A stretch of DNA of 44,533 bases, taken from Chloroflexota bacterium (GTDB lineage: Bacteria > Chloroflexota > Dehalococcoidia > JACPPT01). The notes below the pieces were generated by a model. It was not told where the DNA came from. It saw only the letters and a program-made list of their open reading frames with translations, and ran no database searches. The DNA lies in contig JACPPT010000014.1 of NCBI GenBank assembly GCA_016190815.1, forward strand, positions 1 to 44,533, given 5' to 3'. A program made the position numbers and the translations under genes. The first letter of the stretch is position 1. Every line of letters starts with the position of its first letter. Below are positions 1-10,366 of this stretch, piece by piece.

Positions 1-134
1 GCTTGATGACGTACCAGGTGCTACTCTCCAACTGGGTGACCTCCTCTCGGGTAGGTGTGGTCTTTTACTAACCCCATCTTACCTGAGGGTGTCACCCATG
101 TTTCATAACATAAGAAACCTGGCAGTTAAAAGAC

Positions 135-168
135 TTGACAGTTCCTAGGATATTGATATACTTATAAT
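135..168 (+). promoter_or_regulatory. candidate sigma70-type promoter of the ribosomal-protein superoperon
   Basis: TTGACA at 135-140, a 16-nt spacer, then TATACT at 157-162. A perfect TATAAT abuts at 163-168. Lies about 50 nt upstream of the rpsL ATG. By-eye motif match only. Confidence 0.5.
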
Positions 169-214
169 TTGCGTCTAAGGACTTTATTGTTTTCATAGGA
201 TTGGTGAGGGAGAG

Positions 215-652
215 ATGCCGACAGTAAATCAACTGGTCAGGAAAGGGCGAAAGAAGATTGCCAGGAGGACCAAGGCCCCTGCCTTGATGGTCTCTTTCAA
301 TGCTCGAAAGAACAGGGTTGTGCGGGGCATCGCCTCTCCTCAAAAACGTGGAGTGTGCATCTCCGTGAAGACTGTAACTCCAAAGAAACCCAATTCGGCC
401 CTGAGGAAGGTGGCCAGGGTGCGGCTGACCAATGGGATGGAGGTAACGGCTTACATTCCTGGAGAGGGACACAATCTCCAGGAGCATTCAGTTGTGCTTA
501 TTAGAGGTGGCCGTGTGCCGGACCTGCCAGGGGTTCGCTATCACATAGTTCGTGGCACCCTGGACTCGGCGGGGGTCACAGACCGCAGGCAGGGCCGAAG
601 CAAATACGGTGCCAAGAGAGAAAAGGCGGCTGCCGAGGCTGCCACTCCTTAA
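215..652 (+). CDS. rpsL: 30S ribosomal protein S12 (uS12)
   Basis: 145-aa ORF starting [12 protein letters not shown], with the [11 protein letters not shown] and GHNLQEHS motifs. First gene in the rpsL-rpsG-fusA order. Purine-rich SD upstream. Confidence 0.97.
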   Translation: MPTVNQLVRKGRKKIARRTKAPALMVSFNARKNRVVRGIASPQKRGVCISVKTVTPKKPNSALRKVARVRLTNGMEVTAYIPGEGHNLQEHSVVLIRGGRVPDLPGVRYHIVRGTLDSAGVTDRRQGRSKYGAKREKAAAEAATP

Positions 653-703
653 GCCCTCAGAGGTTTAGATTTTTAGCGGATGCTGAGTGTATAGGGGGAA
701 CTT

Positions 704-1174
704 ATGCCAAGGCGAAGACAGGCTGAGAAAAGAGAGGTGGCTCCAGATGCCAAGTATCAGAGCATTCTTGTTGCCAGGGTGATTAACAACGTATTGAGAA
801 ACGGCAAGAAGAGTGTTTCGGAGAGGATCGTTTACAAAGCCTTTGATGCTGTTGAGAGGGAGCTCAAGAAACCCTCCCTCGATGTTTTTGAGCAAGCCAT
901 AAAGAACATTACTCCCATTCTGGAGGTGAAGCCCCGCCGGGTTGGGGGTGCAACCTATCAAGTACCTGTCGAGGTCAGGAGCGACCGCGGAACAGCGCTG
1001 GCGGTGCGCTGGCTCATCAATGCAGCCAAGGCACGGGCAGGAAAGCCCATGGCGGATAGGCTTGCAGCGGAGCTTATAGATGCCTCTAAGGGTCAGGGGG
1101 CTGCTGCGAAACGCAGAGATGACCTTCACAAGATGGCCGAGGCCAACAGGGCCTTTGTTCACTACCGCTGGTGA
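704..1174 (+). CDS. rpsG: 30S ribosomal protein S7 (uS7)
   Basis: 156-aa ORF, MPRRR...HYRW, the typical uS7 length and termini. Sits in the str operon position. Confidence 0.97.
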   Translation: MPRRRQAEKREVAPDAKYQSILVARVINNVLRNGKKSVSERIVYKAFDAVERELKKPSLDVFEQAIKNITPILEVKPRRVGGATYQVPVEVRSDRGTALAVRWLINAAKARAGKPMADRLAAELIDASKGQGAAAKRRDDLHKMAEANRAFVHYRW

Positions 1175-1208
1175 GGCCTCTCGAATGAGATTGGTGTGGT
1201 GATAATAG

Positions 1209-3293
1209 ATGTCTAGACCGATACCGATGGAACGGGTGCGAAACATAGGGTTCATTGCTCACATAGACGCTGGCAAGACCACCGTCACGGAGAGGGTGCT
1301 TTTTTTCACCGGCCGCACCTACAAGCTGGGGGGGGTTGATGAGGGCACTGCAGTGATGGACTGGATGGAGCAGGAGAGGGAAAGAGGCATAACCATCACC
1401 GCTGCTGCAACCACATGTCAATGGCGCGAGCATCGGATAAACATCATTGATACCCCTGGGCATGTGGACTTCACCGCTGAGGTGGAGAGGAGCTTAAGGG
1501 TTCTGGACGGAGGCGTAGTGGTTTTCGATGCTGTGGCAGGCGTTCAGCCCCAGTCTGAGACGGTGTGGCGTCAGGCGAATAAATACGGAGTGCCCCGCAT
1601 TTGTTTTATTAATAAGATGGATAGGGTTGGAGCCAACTTCCAGCGCACACTGGGCATGATAGCGAATCGTCTCAAAGCTAAACCCGTGCCAATCTATCTG
1701 CCCCTGGGAAGCGAAGACGCCTTTCAGGGGGTCATCGACCTTATGGCGGGGAAGGCATTGATCTTTCGGGAGGGCAATCACGTTGATATAGAAGAGGCTC
1801 CGATACCCGAAGAATACGAGAAAGACTTTCAGCAGTACCGAGACTCTATGGTGGAGAGGATAGCCGAGACCGATGACTCCCTCATGATGAAGTATCTCGA
1901 GGGGGAGATGCCCTCTGTGGAGGAGCTCAAGGCAGGCCTCCGGAAGGCCACCATAGCCAACACTCTGGTACCTGTCCTCTGTGGTAGCGCCCTTCGAAAC
2001 AAGGGCATTCAGCCAATGCTTGATGCTGTTGTAGATTACCTTCCCTCTTCTGTGGATGTGCCTCCAGTAAAAGGTAAGGACGGCAGGGGCGAGCAGGCTG
2101 TCAGGGAGTCTAGAGATGATGCGCCTTTATCAGCCCTTGCTTTCAAAATAGTAACAGACCCATTTGTTGGAAGGCTGGTTTATCTCAGGGTGTACTCTGG
2201 CACGATGTCCACAGGCGATACGGTTCGCAACTCCACGAAGGGGCAAAAGGAGAGGGTGGGAAGATTGGTTAGAATGCATGCCAATCGCCGTGAGGAGATA
2301 ACGGAAGCCTTCGCCGGTGACATATCCGTTGCCGTTGGTCTTAAGAACACCTTCACTGGCGATACTCTGTGTGATCCCGAGTCGCCCATCATTTTGGAGT
2401 CCATCCGTTTTCCTGAGCCAGTGGTCTCCGTCTCCATCGAGCCCAAGACCAAGATTGATCAAGATAAGCTTTCTGAGGCCCTCTACAAGCTGGGAGAAGA
2501 GGACCCAACCTTTACAATGCGTTACGACGACGAAACCGGTCAGACCATCATCTGGGGAATGGGCGAGCTTCATCTTGAAGTATTACTTGAGCGAATGAGG
2601 CGGGAGTCCAAGGTGGAGGCGAGCATCGGGAAGCCGCAGGTGGCCTACAAAGAGACCATCACCGTGTCTGCGAGGGCCGAAGGAAGGTTCATCAGGCAGA
2701 CAGGTGGTCATGGGCAGTATGGCCATGTGTGGATTGAGCTGGAGCCCAAGGAACGCGGGGGCGGCTTTGAGTTTGTAAACAAGATTCAGGGAGGAGTGAT
2801 ACCCAGGGAGTTCATCCCCGCGGTGGAGGCAGGCATTAAAGAGGCGACGTCAGCGGGTGTGCTGGCGGGCTTTCCAGTCGTGGACGCGAGGGCAATTCTT
2901 GTTGATGGCAGTTACCACGAGGTGGACTCGTCCGAGCTTGCCTTCAAGATGGCTGGGTCCATTGCCTTCAAGGAGGGTGTCAGGAAGGCTGCCCCCATAC
3001 TTTTGGAGCCTGTCATGGATATAGAAGTGATAACCCCAGGTGAGTTTCTGGGGGATATATTGGGCGACCTCACAGCCCGCAGGGGAAAGATCCAGGGCAT
3101 TGAGGGCAGAGAGGAAATACAGGCTGTGAGGGTGTTTACGCCCTTGGCGGAGACATTTGGCTATGCCACCCGGCTGCGCTCTTTGAGCCAGGGGAGGGCA
3201 ACACATACCATGGAGTTTCATCATTATGAGGAAGTGTCCCAATCTCTGGCCCAGGAGATAGTGCTTAGAGGAAGACCAAAGGTAAGGGTCTAG
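1209..3293 (+). CDS. fusA: translation elongation factor G
   Basis: 694 aa with the GTPase motifs [17 protein letters not shown] and NKMD. Follows rpsG. Confidence 0.97.
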   Translation: MSRPIPMERVRNIGFIAHIDAGKTTVTERVLFFTGRTYKLGGVDEGTAVMDWMEQERERGITITAAATTCQWREHRINIIDTPGHVDFTAEVERSLRVLDGGVVVFDAVAGVQPQSETVWRQANKYGVPRICFINKMDRVGANFQRTLGMIANRLKAKPVPIYLPLGSEDAFQGVIDLMAGKALIFREGNHVDIEEAPIPEEYEKDFQQYRDSMVERIAETDDSLMMKYLEGEMPSVEELKAGLRKATIANTLVPVLCGSALRNKGIQPMLDAVVDYLPSSVDVPPVKGKDGRGEQAVRESRDDAPLSALAFKIVTDPFVGRLVYLRVYSGTMSTGDTVRNSTKGQKERVGRLVRMHANRREEITEAFAGDISVAVGLKNTFTGDTLCDPESPIILESIRFPEPVVSVSIEPKTKIDQDKLSEALYKLGEEDPTFTMRYDDETGQTIIWGMGELHLEVLLERMRRESKVEASIGKPQVAYKETITVSARAEGRFIRQTGGHGQYGHVWIELEPKERGGGFEFVNKIQGGVIPREFIPAVEAGIKEATSAGVLAGFPVVDARAILVDGSYHEVDSSELAFKMAGSIAFKEGVRKAAPILLEPVMDIEVITPGEFLGDILGDLTARRGKIQGIEGREEIQAVRVFTPLAETFGYATRLRSLSQGRATHTMEFHHYEEVSQSLAQEIVLRGRPKVRV

Positions 3294-3303
3294 TAGAGGA
3301 AAG

Positions 3304-3612
3304 ATGACTAAGCAAAGAATACGAATAAAACTTAAGGCTTTTGACCACCGCATTCTTGACCAGTCTGCGGCGCTCATTGTGGAGACGGCAGAGCGAACAG
3401 GGGCTGCTGTTGTGGGCCCCGTGCCGCTGCCAACCCATATAAAGAGGTTTTGTGTTATTCGCTCACCCCATGTAGATAAAAATTCCCAGGAGCACTTCGA
3501 GATAAGGATGCATAAGCGGCTAATAGACGTGGTTGACCCCACGTCCAAGACCATCGACTCGCTTACTCGCCTTAACCTGCCGGCTGGGGTGGATATAGAG
3601 ATAAAGCTATGA
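3304..3612 (+). CDS. rpsJ: 30S ribosomal protein S10 (uS10)
   Basis: 102 aa, [17 protein letters not shown]... Starts 10 nt after the fusA stop and is first in S10-block order. Confidence 0.96.
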   Translation: MTKQRIRIKLKAFDHRILDQSAALIVETAERTGAAVVGPVPLPTHIKRFCVIRSPHVDKNSQEHFEIRMHKRLIDVVDPTSKTIDSLTRLNLPAGVDIEIKL

Positions 3613-4232
3613 TAGAAGGCATTCTGGGCAGAAAAATAGGTATGACACAGGTGTTCACCAAAGAGGGGGCCATGGTGGGGGTCACCGCCATAGAGGTAGG
3701 GCCGTGCATTGTGACCCAGATAAAGACGCAGGCTAAGGATGGCTACGAGGCCGTTCAACTGGGCTTCATCGCGGCAAAGAAGCTCAATAAGCCCGAGGCC
3801 GGGCATCTCAAAAAGGCGCGGATGTTGAGGCATCTTAAGGAGTTTAGAGTCAGTGAACTGGCCGAGATGCAGGTGGGCCAGAATATAGATGTGGGTATTT
3901 TCAAAGCCGGCGATAAGATTGATGTGACGGGGTTTTCCAAGGGGAAAGGTTTTGCTGGTGGGGTGAAGCGCCATAATTTCAGAGGCGGCCCCAAAACCCA
4001 TGGCCAGTCCGATAGGCTCCGGGGCCCGGGTTCAATTGGCTCTACCACTCAGCCGGGGAGAGTTCTCAAGGGGAAGCATATGGCTGGCCACATGGGCAAT
4101 GAAAAGGTGACCACGCAAAACCTTACCGTTGTGGAGGCTGACCCATCCCGTAACATTCTTCTTGTAGAGGGTGCTGTGCCCGGGGGCAAGAACGGAATTC
4201 TGGTGATAATGAAAGTAAAGAGCCGGCAGTAG
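3609..4232 (+). CDS. rplC: 50S ribosomal protein L3 (uL3)
   Basis: 207 aa, [13 protein letters not shown]... ATGA overlap with rpsJ. Confidence 0.96.
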   Translation: MIEGILGRKIGMTQVFTKEGAMVGVTAIEVGPCIVTQIKTQAKDGYEAVQLGFIAAKKLNKPEAGHLKKARMLRHLKEFRVSELAEMQVGQNIDVGIFKAGDKIDVTGFSKGKGFAGGVKRHNFRGGPKTHGQSDRLRGPGSIGSTTQPGRVLKGKHMAGHMGNEKVTTQNLTVVEADPSRNILLVEGAVPGGKNGILVIMKVKSRQ

Positions 4233-4245
4233 GCGGTATGAGGAA

Positions 4246-4899
4246 ATGCAAGTCCCTGTAAAAAATATTCTAGGAGAGGTTGTCAAGGAGATAGCGGTCA
4301 GAGATGACCTCTTTGGAGTGCCTATGAATGAGGCAGTAGTCCATCAGGCGCTGGTGAGGCAACTTGCCAATAGCCGCCAAGGCACTGCTGATACCAAGAT
4401 CAGGGCTGAGGTCTCTGGAGGCGGTAGGAAGCCTCGTCCGCAGAAAGGCTCAGGACACTCCCGTCAGGGCAGCATTCGCTCGCCCCTGTGGAAGGGGGGT
4501 GGTGTCACTTTTGGCCCTCATCCCAGGAGCTATGCCCAGCGTATGCCTAAGAAGATGCGCAGGCTTGCCCTGAGGTGTCTCCTCTCCTCCAAGGTATCAG
4601 AGGGGCAGCTTGTTGTGGTTGAAAACCTTAACCTTGACGGAATCAAGACCAAGGGAATACAGAAAGTGTTGGAGGCTCTGGGGGTTCATTCCTCTGTTCT
4701 TGTTGTGACCAAAGACACTGACCAGAATGTGGTCAGGTCTGCGCAGAATCTGGCATGGGTGAAGACTATTTTAGCGCGTCTTCTGAATGTCGCTGACCTG
4801 CTAAAATATAATAACCTTGTAGTGACTGAAGACGCCGTAAGACGGGTTGAGGAGATATGGGGGCAGACTCAGCAGCCCTCGCTGGAGCGGGGGGGTTAG
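4246..4899 (+). CDS. rplD: 50S ribosomal protein L4 (uL4)
   Basis: 217 aa with the GGGRKPRPQKGSG motif. S10-operon order. Confidence 0.95.
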   Translation: MQVPVKNILGEVVKEIAVRDDLFGVPMNEAVVHQALVRQLANSRQGTADTKIRAEVSGGGRKPRPQKGSGHSRQGSIRSPLWKGGGVTFGPHPRSYAQRMPKKMRRLALRCLLSSKVSEGQLVVVENLNLDGIKTKGIQKVLEALGVHSSVLVVTKDTDQNVVRSAQNLAWVKTILARLLNVADLLKYNNLVVTEDAVRRVEEIWGQTQQPSLERGG

Positions 4900-4901
4900 G
4901 T

Positions 4902-5189
4902 ATGCAGATTCTGGAAGTTATTCGAAGGCCAGTTGTAACGGAAAGGAGCACTGCCCTCCAGCAGGCTCAGAACAAATATGTATTTGAGGTGCTCAAGGAG
5001 GCGAATAAACGTCAAATCAAGGAAGCAGTGGAGAAGGGTTTCAATGTCAAAGTAACCAAAGTTAACGTAATCAACATACCAGGTGAGACTCGTCGCATGG
5101 GCAGAAGGCTCATCTCCACTTCTCCGATGAAGAAGGCTGTAGTTACTCTTAAGAAAGGGGACACTATTCCGCTCTTCGAGAGCGCCTAG
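4902..5189 (+). CDS. rplW: 50S ribosomal protein L23 (uL23)
   Basis: The ORF opens at 4857. The ATG at 4902 (MQILEVIRRPVVTEKS-like) lies 2 nt after the rplD stop and gives the normal length of about 95 aa. Confidence 0.93.
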   Translation: MQILEVIRRPVVTERSTALQQAQNKYVFEVLKEANKRQIKEAVEKGFNVKVTKVNVINIPGETRRMGRRLISTSPMKKAVVTLKKGDTIPLFESA

Positions 5190-5208
5190 TCTCTTGAGGT
5201 AAACTGAC

Positions 5209-6033
5209 ATGGCTTTGAAGACATATAACCCAACGACTCCCGGAAGAAGGGGGCTTACAACGGTAACCTTTGAGGAGATAACAAAGGTTAAGCCGGAGAA
5301 GTCACTCACAATGCCTTTAAGGAAAAAGGGAGGGAGAAACTTTCGTGGCAAGGTTACAGTCCGCCACCACGGCGGTGGTTCTAAGCAGGCGCTCCGAATC
5401 ATTGACTTCAAGCGGGACAAACTTGGCATAGTGGGGAAGTTAGCTGCCATTGAGTATGACCCCAACCGTTCAGCGCGAATAGCCTTGATCAACTACGTTG
5501 ATGGCGAGAAGCGCTATATTTTGGCCCCTGTGGGGCTTAAGGTAGGCGATACCGTTGAGTCGGGGCCCAACGCCGAAATAAAGGTGGGCAACGCCTTGCC
5601 ATTAAAACTGATACCCACAGGCACGCTGATTCACAACCTGGAGATAAGGCGTGGAAAAGGGGGGCAGCTCGTGAGAAGCGGCGGTTCCGCTGCCCAGCTT
5701 ATGGCAAAGGAGGCGGAGTACACGCTGGTGCGTTTGCCGTCAGGGGAGGTTAGACGGGTGGACAGCGAATGCATGGCAACTATAGGCCAGCTGGGAAACG
5801 TAGATCAGAAAAATGTCAAACTGGGCAAGGCAGGGAGGCGCAGGTGGCTTGGATGGCGCCCTGTGGTGAGGGGTTCAGCGATGTCGCCCAGAGACCACCC
5901 CCACGGAGGTGGCGAAGGGCGTACTCCAATTGGCAAGCCCGGTCCCAGAACGCCTTGGGGCAAGCCTACATTGGGCTACAGGACCCGAAGGAACAAGGCC
6001 ACTGACAAGCTGATAGCTAAGAGGAGAAAGTAA
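5209..6033 (+). CDS. rplB: 50S ribosomal protein L2 (uL2)
   Basis: 274 aa with the [13 protein letters not shown] motif. Confidence 0.97.
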   Translation: MALKTYNPTTPGRRGLTTVTFEEITKVKPEKSLTMPLRKKGGRNFRGKVTVRHHGGGSKQALRIIDFKRDKLGIVGKLAAIEYDPNRSARIALINYVDGEKRYILAPVGLKVGDTVESGPNAEIKVGNALPLKLIPTGTLIHNLEIRRGKGGQLVRSGGSAAQLMAKEAEYTLVRLPSGEVRRVDSECMATIGQLGNVDQKNVKLGKAGRRRWLGWRPVVRGSAMSPRDHPHGGGEGRTPIGKPGPRTPWGKPTLGYRTRRNKATDKLIAKRRK

Positions 6034-6034
6034 A

Positions 6035-6328
6035 GTGTCTCGTTCTACTAAGAAGGGGCCGTTTATTGATCCCAAGTTGCTTAAAAAAATAGAGGCCATT
6101 AGCCGAAGCGGCCAGAAGAGTGTGATAAAGACCTGGTCCCGCGCCTCTGTCATCATGCCTGTCATGGTGGGACTTACCATTGCTGTACACGATGGCAGAA
6201 GACACGTGCCAGTTTTCGTCACGGAGAATATGGTGGGACACAAGCTGGGGGAGTTTGCCCCTACCAGGATCTTCAGGGGACATTCCTCTAAGGTTGAGAA
6301 AGCAGCCCCCCCACCTCCCCAAGCTTAG
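6035..6328 (+). CDS. rpsS: 30S ribosomal protein S19 (uS19)
   Basis: 97 aa, GTG start, [11 protein letters not shown]...GHKLGEF. Confidence 0.96.
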   Translation: MSRSTKKGPFIDPKLLKKIEAISRSGQKSVIKTWSRASVIMPVMVGLTIAVHDGRRHVPVFVTENMVGHKLGEFAPTRIFRGHSSKVEKAAPPPPQA

Positions 6329-6344
6329 TTAGAGGTGAGAAATA

Positions 6345-6683
6345 GTGCAGGTTAGGGCTATAGCAAAAGACGTGGGCGTATCCCCGTTAAAAATGCGGCT
6401 CCTGGTGGATGCAGTTAGGGGGCGTAAGGTGGAAGATGCCCTGAACATACTCCGTTTCACACCATCGCCAGCGGCTCGGGTTCTGGCCAAGGCGATAAAT
6501 TCCGCGGCCGCCAATGCAGAAAACAATTATCAGATGTCCAAGTCTGACCTGAGGGTTGTGAGGGCTTTTGCTGACCAGGGTAGGATGCTGAAGAGGGGTC
6601 GCGCTCGCGCCAGGGGCAGGCCAAGCCCCATTCTTAGACATTCCTCTCACATAACTATCGTGGTAGAAGAGGAGACGAAGTAG
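6345..6683 (+). CDS. rplV: 50S ribosomal protein L22 (uL22)
   Basis: 112 aa, GTG start. Operon position between rpsS and rpsC, with a typical basic loop (RGRARARGR). Confidence 0.94.
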   Translation: MQVRAIAKDVGVSPLKMRLLVDAVRGRKVEDALNILRFTPSPAARVLAKAINSAAANAENNYQMSKSDLRVVRAFADQGRMLKRGRARARGRPSPILRHSSHITIVVEEETK

Positions 6684-7426
6684 TGGGTCACAAGGTTCAT
6701 CCTCTAGGGTTTCGTCTGGGTGTAATCAAGGACTGGCAGGCAAAGTGGTTTGCCATGAAGGAGGTTAATTATCGTGATTTCCTCCTTCAGGACCTGAAGC
6801 TACGCAATTTTATTCATAGCAATTACGCTGAAGCTGGCATCTCCCGGGTAGATATCGAGAGAGGCGCCAACGAAATTGTGGCAACAATACACACGGCCAA
6901 GCCCGGGGTGGTCATAGGACGTGGTGGACAGAGAGTGGACGAATTGAGGGGTATGCTGGAAAGCATTACCGGTAAGAAGGTGCGCTTGAATATCCAAGAG
7001 ATACGTCAGCCAGAACTGGACGCTTACCTGGTAGCCAAGAATATTGCGGAGCAAATGGAAAAGCGCGTTTCCTACAGGAGGGCCATGAAACAGGCGGTGA
7101 CCAGGACCATGCAGGCTGGCGCCAAGGGAATCAAGATGCTTTGCAGTGGCAGACTGGCTGGAGCCGAAATCGCCCGCAGGGAGAAGGAAATGCAGGGGCG
7201 AGTCCCCTTAGGTACCCTGCGGGCTGACATAGACTACGGTTTCGCCGAAGCCCGTACTACTCTTGGCCGAATTGGCGTGAAAGTCTGGGTATATAGGGGA
7301 GATATCATGCCTGAGGCTAGAGTACCTGAGGTAGAGGTTACAACTACTGCTGCACCTATTGCAACAAGAAAGGTAACAGAGGAAGATGTTACAGCCCAAG
7401 CGAGTGAAGTATCGCAAAGCTCATAG
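6683..7426 (+). CDS. rpsC: 30S ribosomal protein S3 (uS3)
   Basis: 247 aa, [13 protein letters not shown]... with KH-domain GRGG. Its C-terminal tail overlaps rplP by 41 nt. Confidence 0.96.
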   Translation: MGHKVHPLGFRLGVIKDWQAKWFAMKEVNYRDFLLQDLKLRNFIHSNYAEAGISRVDIERGANEIVATIHTAKPGVVIGRGGQRVDELRGMLESITGKKVRLNIQEIRQPELDAYLVAKNIAEQMEKRVSYRRAMKQAVTRTMQAGAKGIKMLCSGRLAGAEIARREKEMQGRVPLGTLRADIDYGFAEARTTLGRIGVKVWVYRGDIMPEARVPEVEVTTTAAPIATRKVTEEDVTAQASEVSQSS

Positions 7427-7814
7427 AGGGCGTAGAAAGGGAACAGCCCAAGCAGGCAATAGCATTAATTTTGGGGAGTTCGGCCTGATGGCACTGGAGT
7501 CGGCTTGGCTCACGAGCCGGCAGATAGAGGCTTCCCGTCGTGCGATGACTCACCATATGAAGAGGGGTGGTCAGCTCTGGATACGCATTTTTCCAGACAA
7601 GCCCGTAACAGCCAAGCCATTGGAGACCAGACAGGGGGGTGGGAAGGGGGCCGTGGACCACTGGGTGGCGGTGGTGAGGCGTGGCAGAATACTCTTGGAG
7701 GTTGGCGGAGTAACCCCTGAGGTGGCCAAGGAGGCTTTGCGACTGGCTTCTTTTAAGCTCCCCATTGCTACAAAGGTGGTTGCAAGGGAGAGCCAGACCT
7801 TGCTTAAAAGTTAG
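7386..7814 (+). CDS. rplP: 50S ribosomal protein L16 (uL16)
   Basis: 142 aa, [16 protein letters not shown]... Confidence 0.96.
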   Translation: MLQPKRVKYRKAHRGRRKGTAQAGNSINFGEFGLMALESAWLTSRQIEASRRAMTHHMKRGGQLWIRIFPDKPVTAKPLETRQGGGKGAVDHWVAVVRRGRILLEVGGVTPEVAKEALRLASFKLPIATKVVARESQTLLKS

Positions 7815-7825
7815 GAGCAGCCAAG

Positions 7826-8023
7826 GTGAAAATAAACGAGATCAGGGCTTTGGGGACTGTTGAGCTTGTCAAGGAGTTGGATAACACATATCGGGAGCTT
7901 TTCAATCTCAGGTTGAGGCTAGCCACAAAGCAGTTGGTCAATGTAAAGGAAATAGGCAGGGTTAGGAACAAGCTGGCTCGAATCAAAACGGTCATACGAG
8001 AGAGGGAGCTATCAGGGGCTTGA
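7826..8023 (+). CDS. rpmC: 50S ribosomal protein L29 (uL29)
   Basis: 65 aa, GTG start, helical [10 protein letters not shown] motif. Operon order. Confidence 0.93.
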   Translation: MKINEIRALGTVELVKELDNTYRELFNLRLRLATKQLVNVKEIGRVRNKLARIKTVIRERELSGA

Positions 8024-8024
8024 T

Positions 8025-8381
8025 ATGAAAGATAGAAGAAAGATCCGTATAGGAAGGGTTGTGAGCAATAAAATGAAGAAGACGGTGGTGGTGGCTGTGG
8101 AGTGGCGAAAACCCCACCCCTTGTATAAGCGTTTAATGCGGCAAATTACTAAGTTCAAAGCTCACGACGAAGAGAATGCCTGTCAGATTGGAGACGTGGT
8201 GAGGATAGAGGAAACGAGGCCTCTCTCCAAAGATAAACGCTGGAGAGTAGTTGAAATTTTGGCCAAGGGCGAGCTCGTGGAGGCACTTATAGATGAGCCC
8301 TCTGTGGAGCCCGAGACCTCCACAGGTGCAAGTGAGAAGGATAATGATTCAACCGTACAGCAGACTGAAGGCAGCCGATAA
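8025..8381 (+). CDS. rpsQ: 30S ribosomal protein S17 (uS17) with an acidic C-terminal tail
   Basis: 118 aa. The S17 core ([14 protein letters not shown]...RWRVVEIL) ends near residue 82. The frame then stays open for 36 more codons, reaching into rplN. Confidence 0.93.
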   Translation: MKDRRKIRIGRVVSNKMKKTVVVAVEWRKPHPLYKRLMRQITKFKAHDEENACQIGDVVRIEETRPLSKDKRWRVVEILAKGELVEALIDEPSVEPETSTGASEKDNDSTVQQTEGSR

Positions 8382-8712
8382 CTCCGGTGCTAAAACAATA
8401 ATGTGCATCAACGTGCCGGGGGGCACTAGAAAACGCTATGCCTGGGTTGGGGATATTATTGTCGCCTCTGTCAAGGAGGCAACGCCTGGTGCCGCAGTGA
8501 AGAAAGGAGACGTGGTTAGAGCGGTAATAGTTCGCACCGCCAAAAAATATCAGAGGCCTGATGGCTCGTATATAAAGTTCGACGAAAACGCCGCTGTAGT
8601 ACTTGGTGAGAAGAATAACCCCAAGGGCACTCGTATTTTTGGCCCAGTGGCGAGGGAGCTGAGGGAGAAGAATTTCATAAAGATAATCTCCCTGGCCCCG
8701 GAGGTCTTATAG
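8344..8712 (+). CDS. rplN: 50S ribosomal protein L14 (uL14)
   Basis: The ORF opens at 8293, but the canonical [17 protein letters not shown] start is the ATG at 8344, giving 122 aa. Confidence 0.95.
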   Translation: MIQPYSRLKAADNSGAKTIMCINVPGGTRKRYAWVGDIIVASVKEATPGAAVKKGDVVRAVIVRTAKKYQRPDGSYIKFDENAAVVLGEKNNPKGTRIFGPVARELREKNFIKIISLAPEVL

Positions 8713-8714
8713 CA

Positions 8715-9026
8715 ATGAAAGTTCGCAAGGATGATACTGTGCTGGTCGTAAGGGGAAAGGACAGGGGCAAAAGGGGTAAGGTTCATCGCCTTCTTCTCAA
8801 GCATGAGAGGGTACTGGTGGAAGGGGTGAACATAACCAAGCGACATGTTCGCCCCAGGCCGGGTGTCCTGCAGGCGGGCATAGTGGAGAGGGAAACACCA
8901 CTGCCCTTAGCTAATGTTATACTTATCTGCCCCAAGTGCGATAAGCCCGTCAGAGTCGGCTTCAAATTTCTAGAGGATGGAAAGAAAGTCAGGGTTTGCA
9001 GGTCATGCCACGAGACGATAGATTAG
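8715..9026 (+). CDS. rplX: 50S ribosomal protein L24 (uL24), CxxC...CxxC form
   Basis: 103 aa with a KOW motif ([15 protein letters not shown]) and C-terminal CPKC...CRSC. Confidence 0.95.
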   Translation: MKVRKDDTVLVVRGKDRGKRGKVHRLLLKHERVLVEGVNITKRHVRPRPGVLQAGIVERETPLPLANVILICPKCDKPVRVGFKFLEDGKKVRVCRSCHETID

Positions 9027-9667
9027 AGGTCGAATCAAAAGAAGAGGCAAAAGAGAAAAAGCCTCGCAGATCCCCCAGAAGGGAGAAAAAGGCCGCGAAG
9101 CCGGCAGAGAAGCCTGCGGAAAAGTATGTGCCCCGGCTCAAGCTTCAATACATGCAGGAGGTCGTGCCAACGTTGATGGCGGAGCTGGGCCTTAAGAATC
9201 CCATGCAGGTGCCGCGCTTGGAGAAGATTGTCCTGAATATAGGTCTGGGCGAGGCAACCGAAAACCCCAAATCCATTGAGTCGGCGACTAAGGACCTTGC
9301 TGCTATATCAGGGCTACATCCCGTTGTAACCAAGGCGAAGAAGTCTATAGCAACTTTTAAGCTTCGCAAGGGCGTGTCCATAGGTGCCATGGTGACCTTG
9401 AGAGGGCAGCGCATGTTTGAGTTTTTGGACAAGCTCATAAATGTTACCCTGCCCCGCATCAGGGACTTTCAGGGTGCCCCTGCTACCAGCTTCGATGGTA
9501 GGGGCAACTACACCATCGGCATCAAAGAGCAGATTATTTTCCCGGAGATCGACTACAGTCAGGTGGACAAGATTAGAGGTCTTCAGGTCTCTGTAGTGAC
9601 CTCAGCCCGGAGCAATGAGGGAGCCAAGAGACTTCTCCAGCTTCTGGGAGTACCCTTTGGCAAGTAG
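8996..9667 (+). CDS. rplE: 50S ribosomal protein L5 (uL5); start uncertain
   Basis: The conserved L5 core begins at [20 protein letters not shown]. From the ATG at 8996 the ORF has a 44-aa Lys/Glu/Pro-rich N-terminal extension. An in-frame GTG at 9128 would give a canonical protein of about 179 aa. Confidence 0.9.
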   Translation: MQVMPRDDRLEVESKEEAKEKKPRRSPRREKKAAKPAEKPAEKYVPRLKLQYMQEVVPTLMAELGLKNPMQVPRLEKIVLNIGLGEATENPKSIESATKDLAAISGLHPVVTKAKKSIATFKLRKGVSIGAMVTLRGQRMFEFLDKLINVTLPRIRDFQGAPATSFDGRGNYTIGIKEQIIFPEIDYSQVDKIRGLQVSVVTSARSNEGAKRLLQLLGVPFGK

Positions 9668-9712
9668 GTATTCTGCGGAGAAGCCAAGGCGTTTATAGTT
9701 AGAGGAGGCAAG

Positions 9713-9898
9713 TTGGCAAAAGTTTGCAAAATAGAAAAGTGGAAAAGGCCACCCAAGTATAAGGTTCAATATCATAACCGGTGCCACCTCTGCGGAAGGC
9801 CCAGGGCCTACATAAGGCATTTCGGCCTTTGTCGCATCTGCTTCCGAACGCTGGCCCTCAGAGGCGAGCTTCCAGGGGTACGCAAGGCTAGCTGGTAG
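9713..9898 (+). CDS. rpsN: 30S ribosomal protein S14 type Z (zinc-binding, 61 aa)
   Basis: TTG start 6 nt after AGGAGG. 61 aa with CHLCGRP...CRIC. Confidence 0.95.
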   Translation: MAKVCKIEKWKRPPKYKVQYHNRCHLCGRPRAYIRHFGLCRICFRTLALRGELPGVRKASW

Positions 9899-9955
9899 AG
9901 GAATTAATACTCGGATTGGTCTGGGAGTATTCAGGAATCGTTGGAGAGATATGGG

Positions 9956-10354
9956 ATGAGCGTAAACGATGCTATTGCGGATATGTTGACCAGAATCAGG
10001 AATGCTGTGGCTGCAGGGCAAGACACTGTTGTCATGCCTGCCTCTCGGATGAAGACTGCCATTGCTAAGATTATGAAAGATGAGGGCTTTATCAAAGACT
10101 ACGAACTGGTACGTGGCGGTGTCCGGAGGACGCTTAAGATTTATCTCCGCTACACAGATGGGAAGGAGCCTACAATCAAAGGGGTTCAAAGGGTGAGCAA
10201 ACCTGGCCTCAGAATATATGTGAGGGATTCGGAGATTCCAAGGGTTTATGGCGGGATAGGGATCGCTATTTTGTCTACGACCAAGGGATTGATGACAGGG
10301 CAGGAGGCTAGGCGCAACAGTCTGGGCGGAGAAGTCATTTGTTACGTATGGTGA
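9956..10354 (+). CDS. rpsH: 30S ribosomal protein S8 (uS8)
   Basis: The ATG at 9956 gives MSVNDAIADMLTRIRNA, the canonical S8 N-terminus. The ORF track begins 5 codons earlier at a TTG. Confidence 0.95.
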   Translation: MSVNDAIADMLTRIRNAVAAGQDTVVMPASRMKTAIAKIMKDEGFIKDYELVRGGVRRTLKIYLRYTDGKEPTIKGVQRVSKPGLRIYVRDSEIPRVYGGIGIAILSTTKGLMTGQEARRNSLGGEVICYVW

Positions 10355-10366
10355 GGTACATGATCT

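Noticed and set aside
92-487. 131-aa minus-strand ORF
   Set aside because: It lies antisense to the highly conserved rpsL and its promoter. This is a shadow ORF with no recognisable protein features.
2850-4001. 383-aa minus-strand ORF
   Set aside because: It runs antisense across fusA, rpsJ and rplC, all unambiguous plus-strand genes. It is a typical long shadow frame in a GC-balanced genome.
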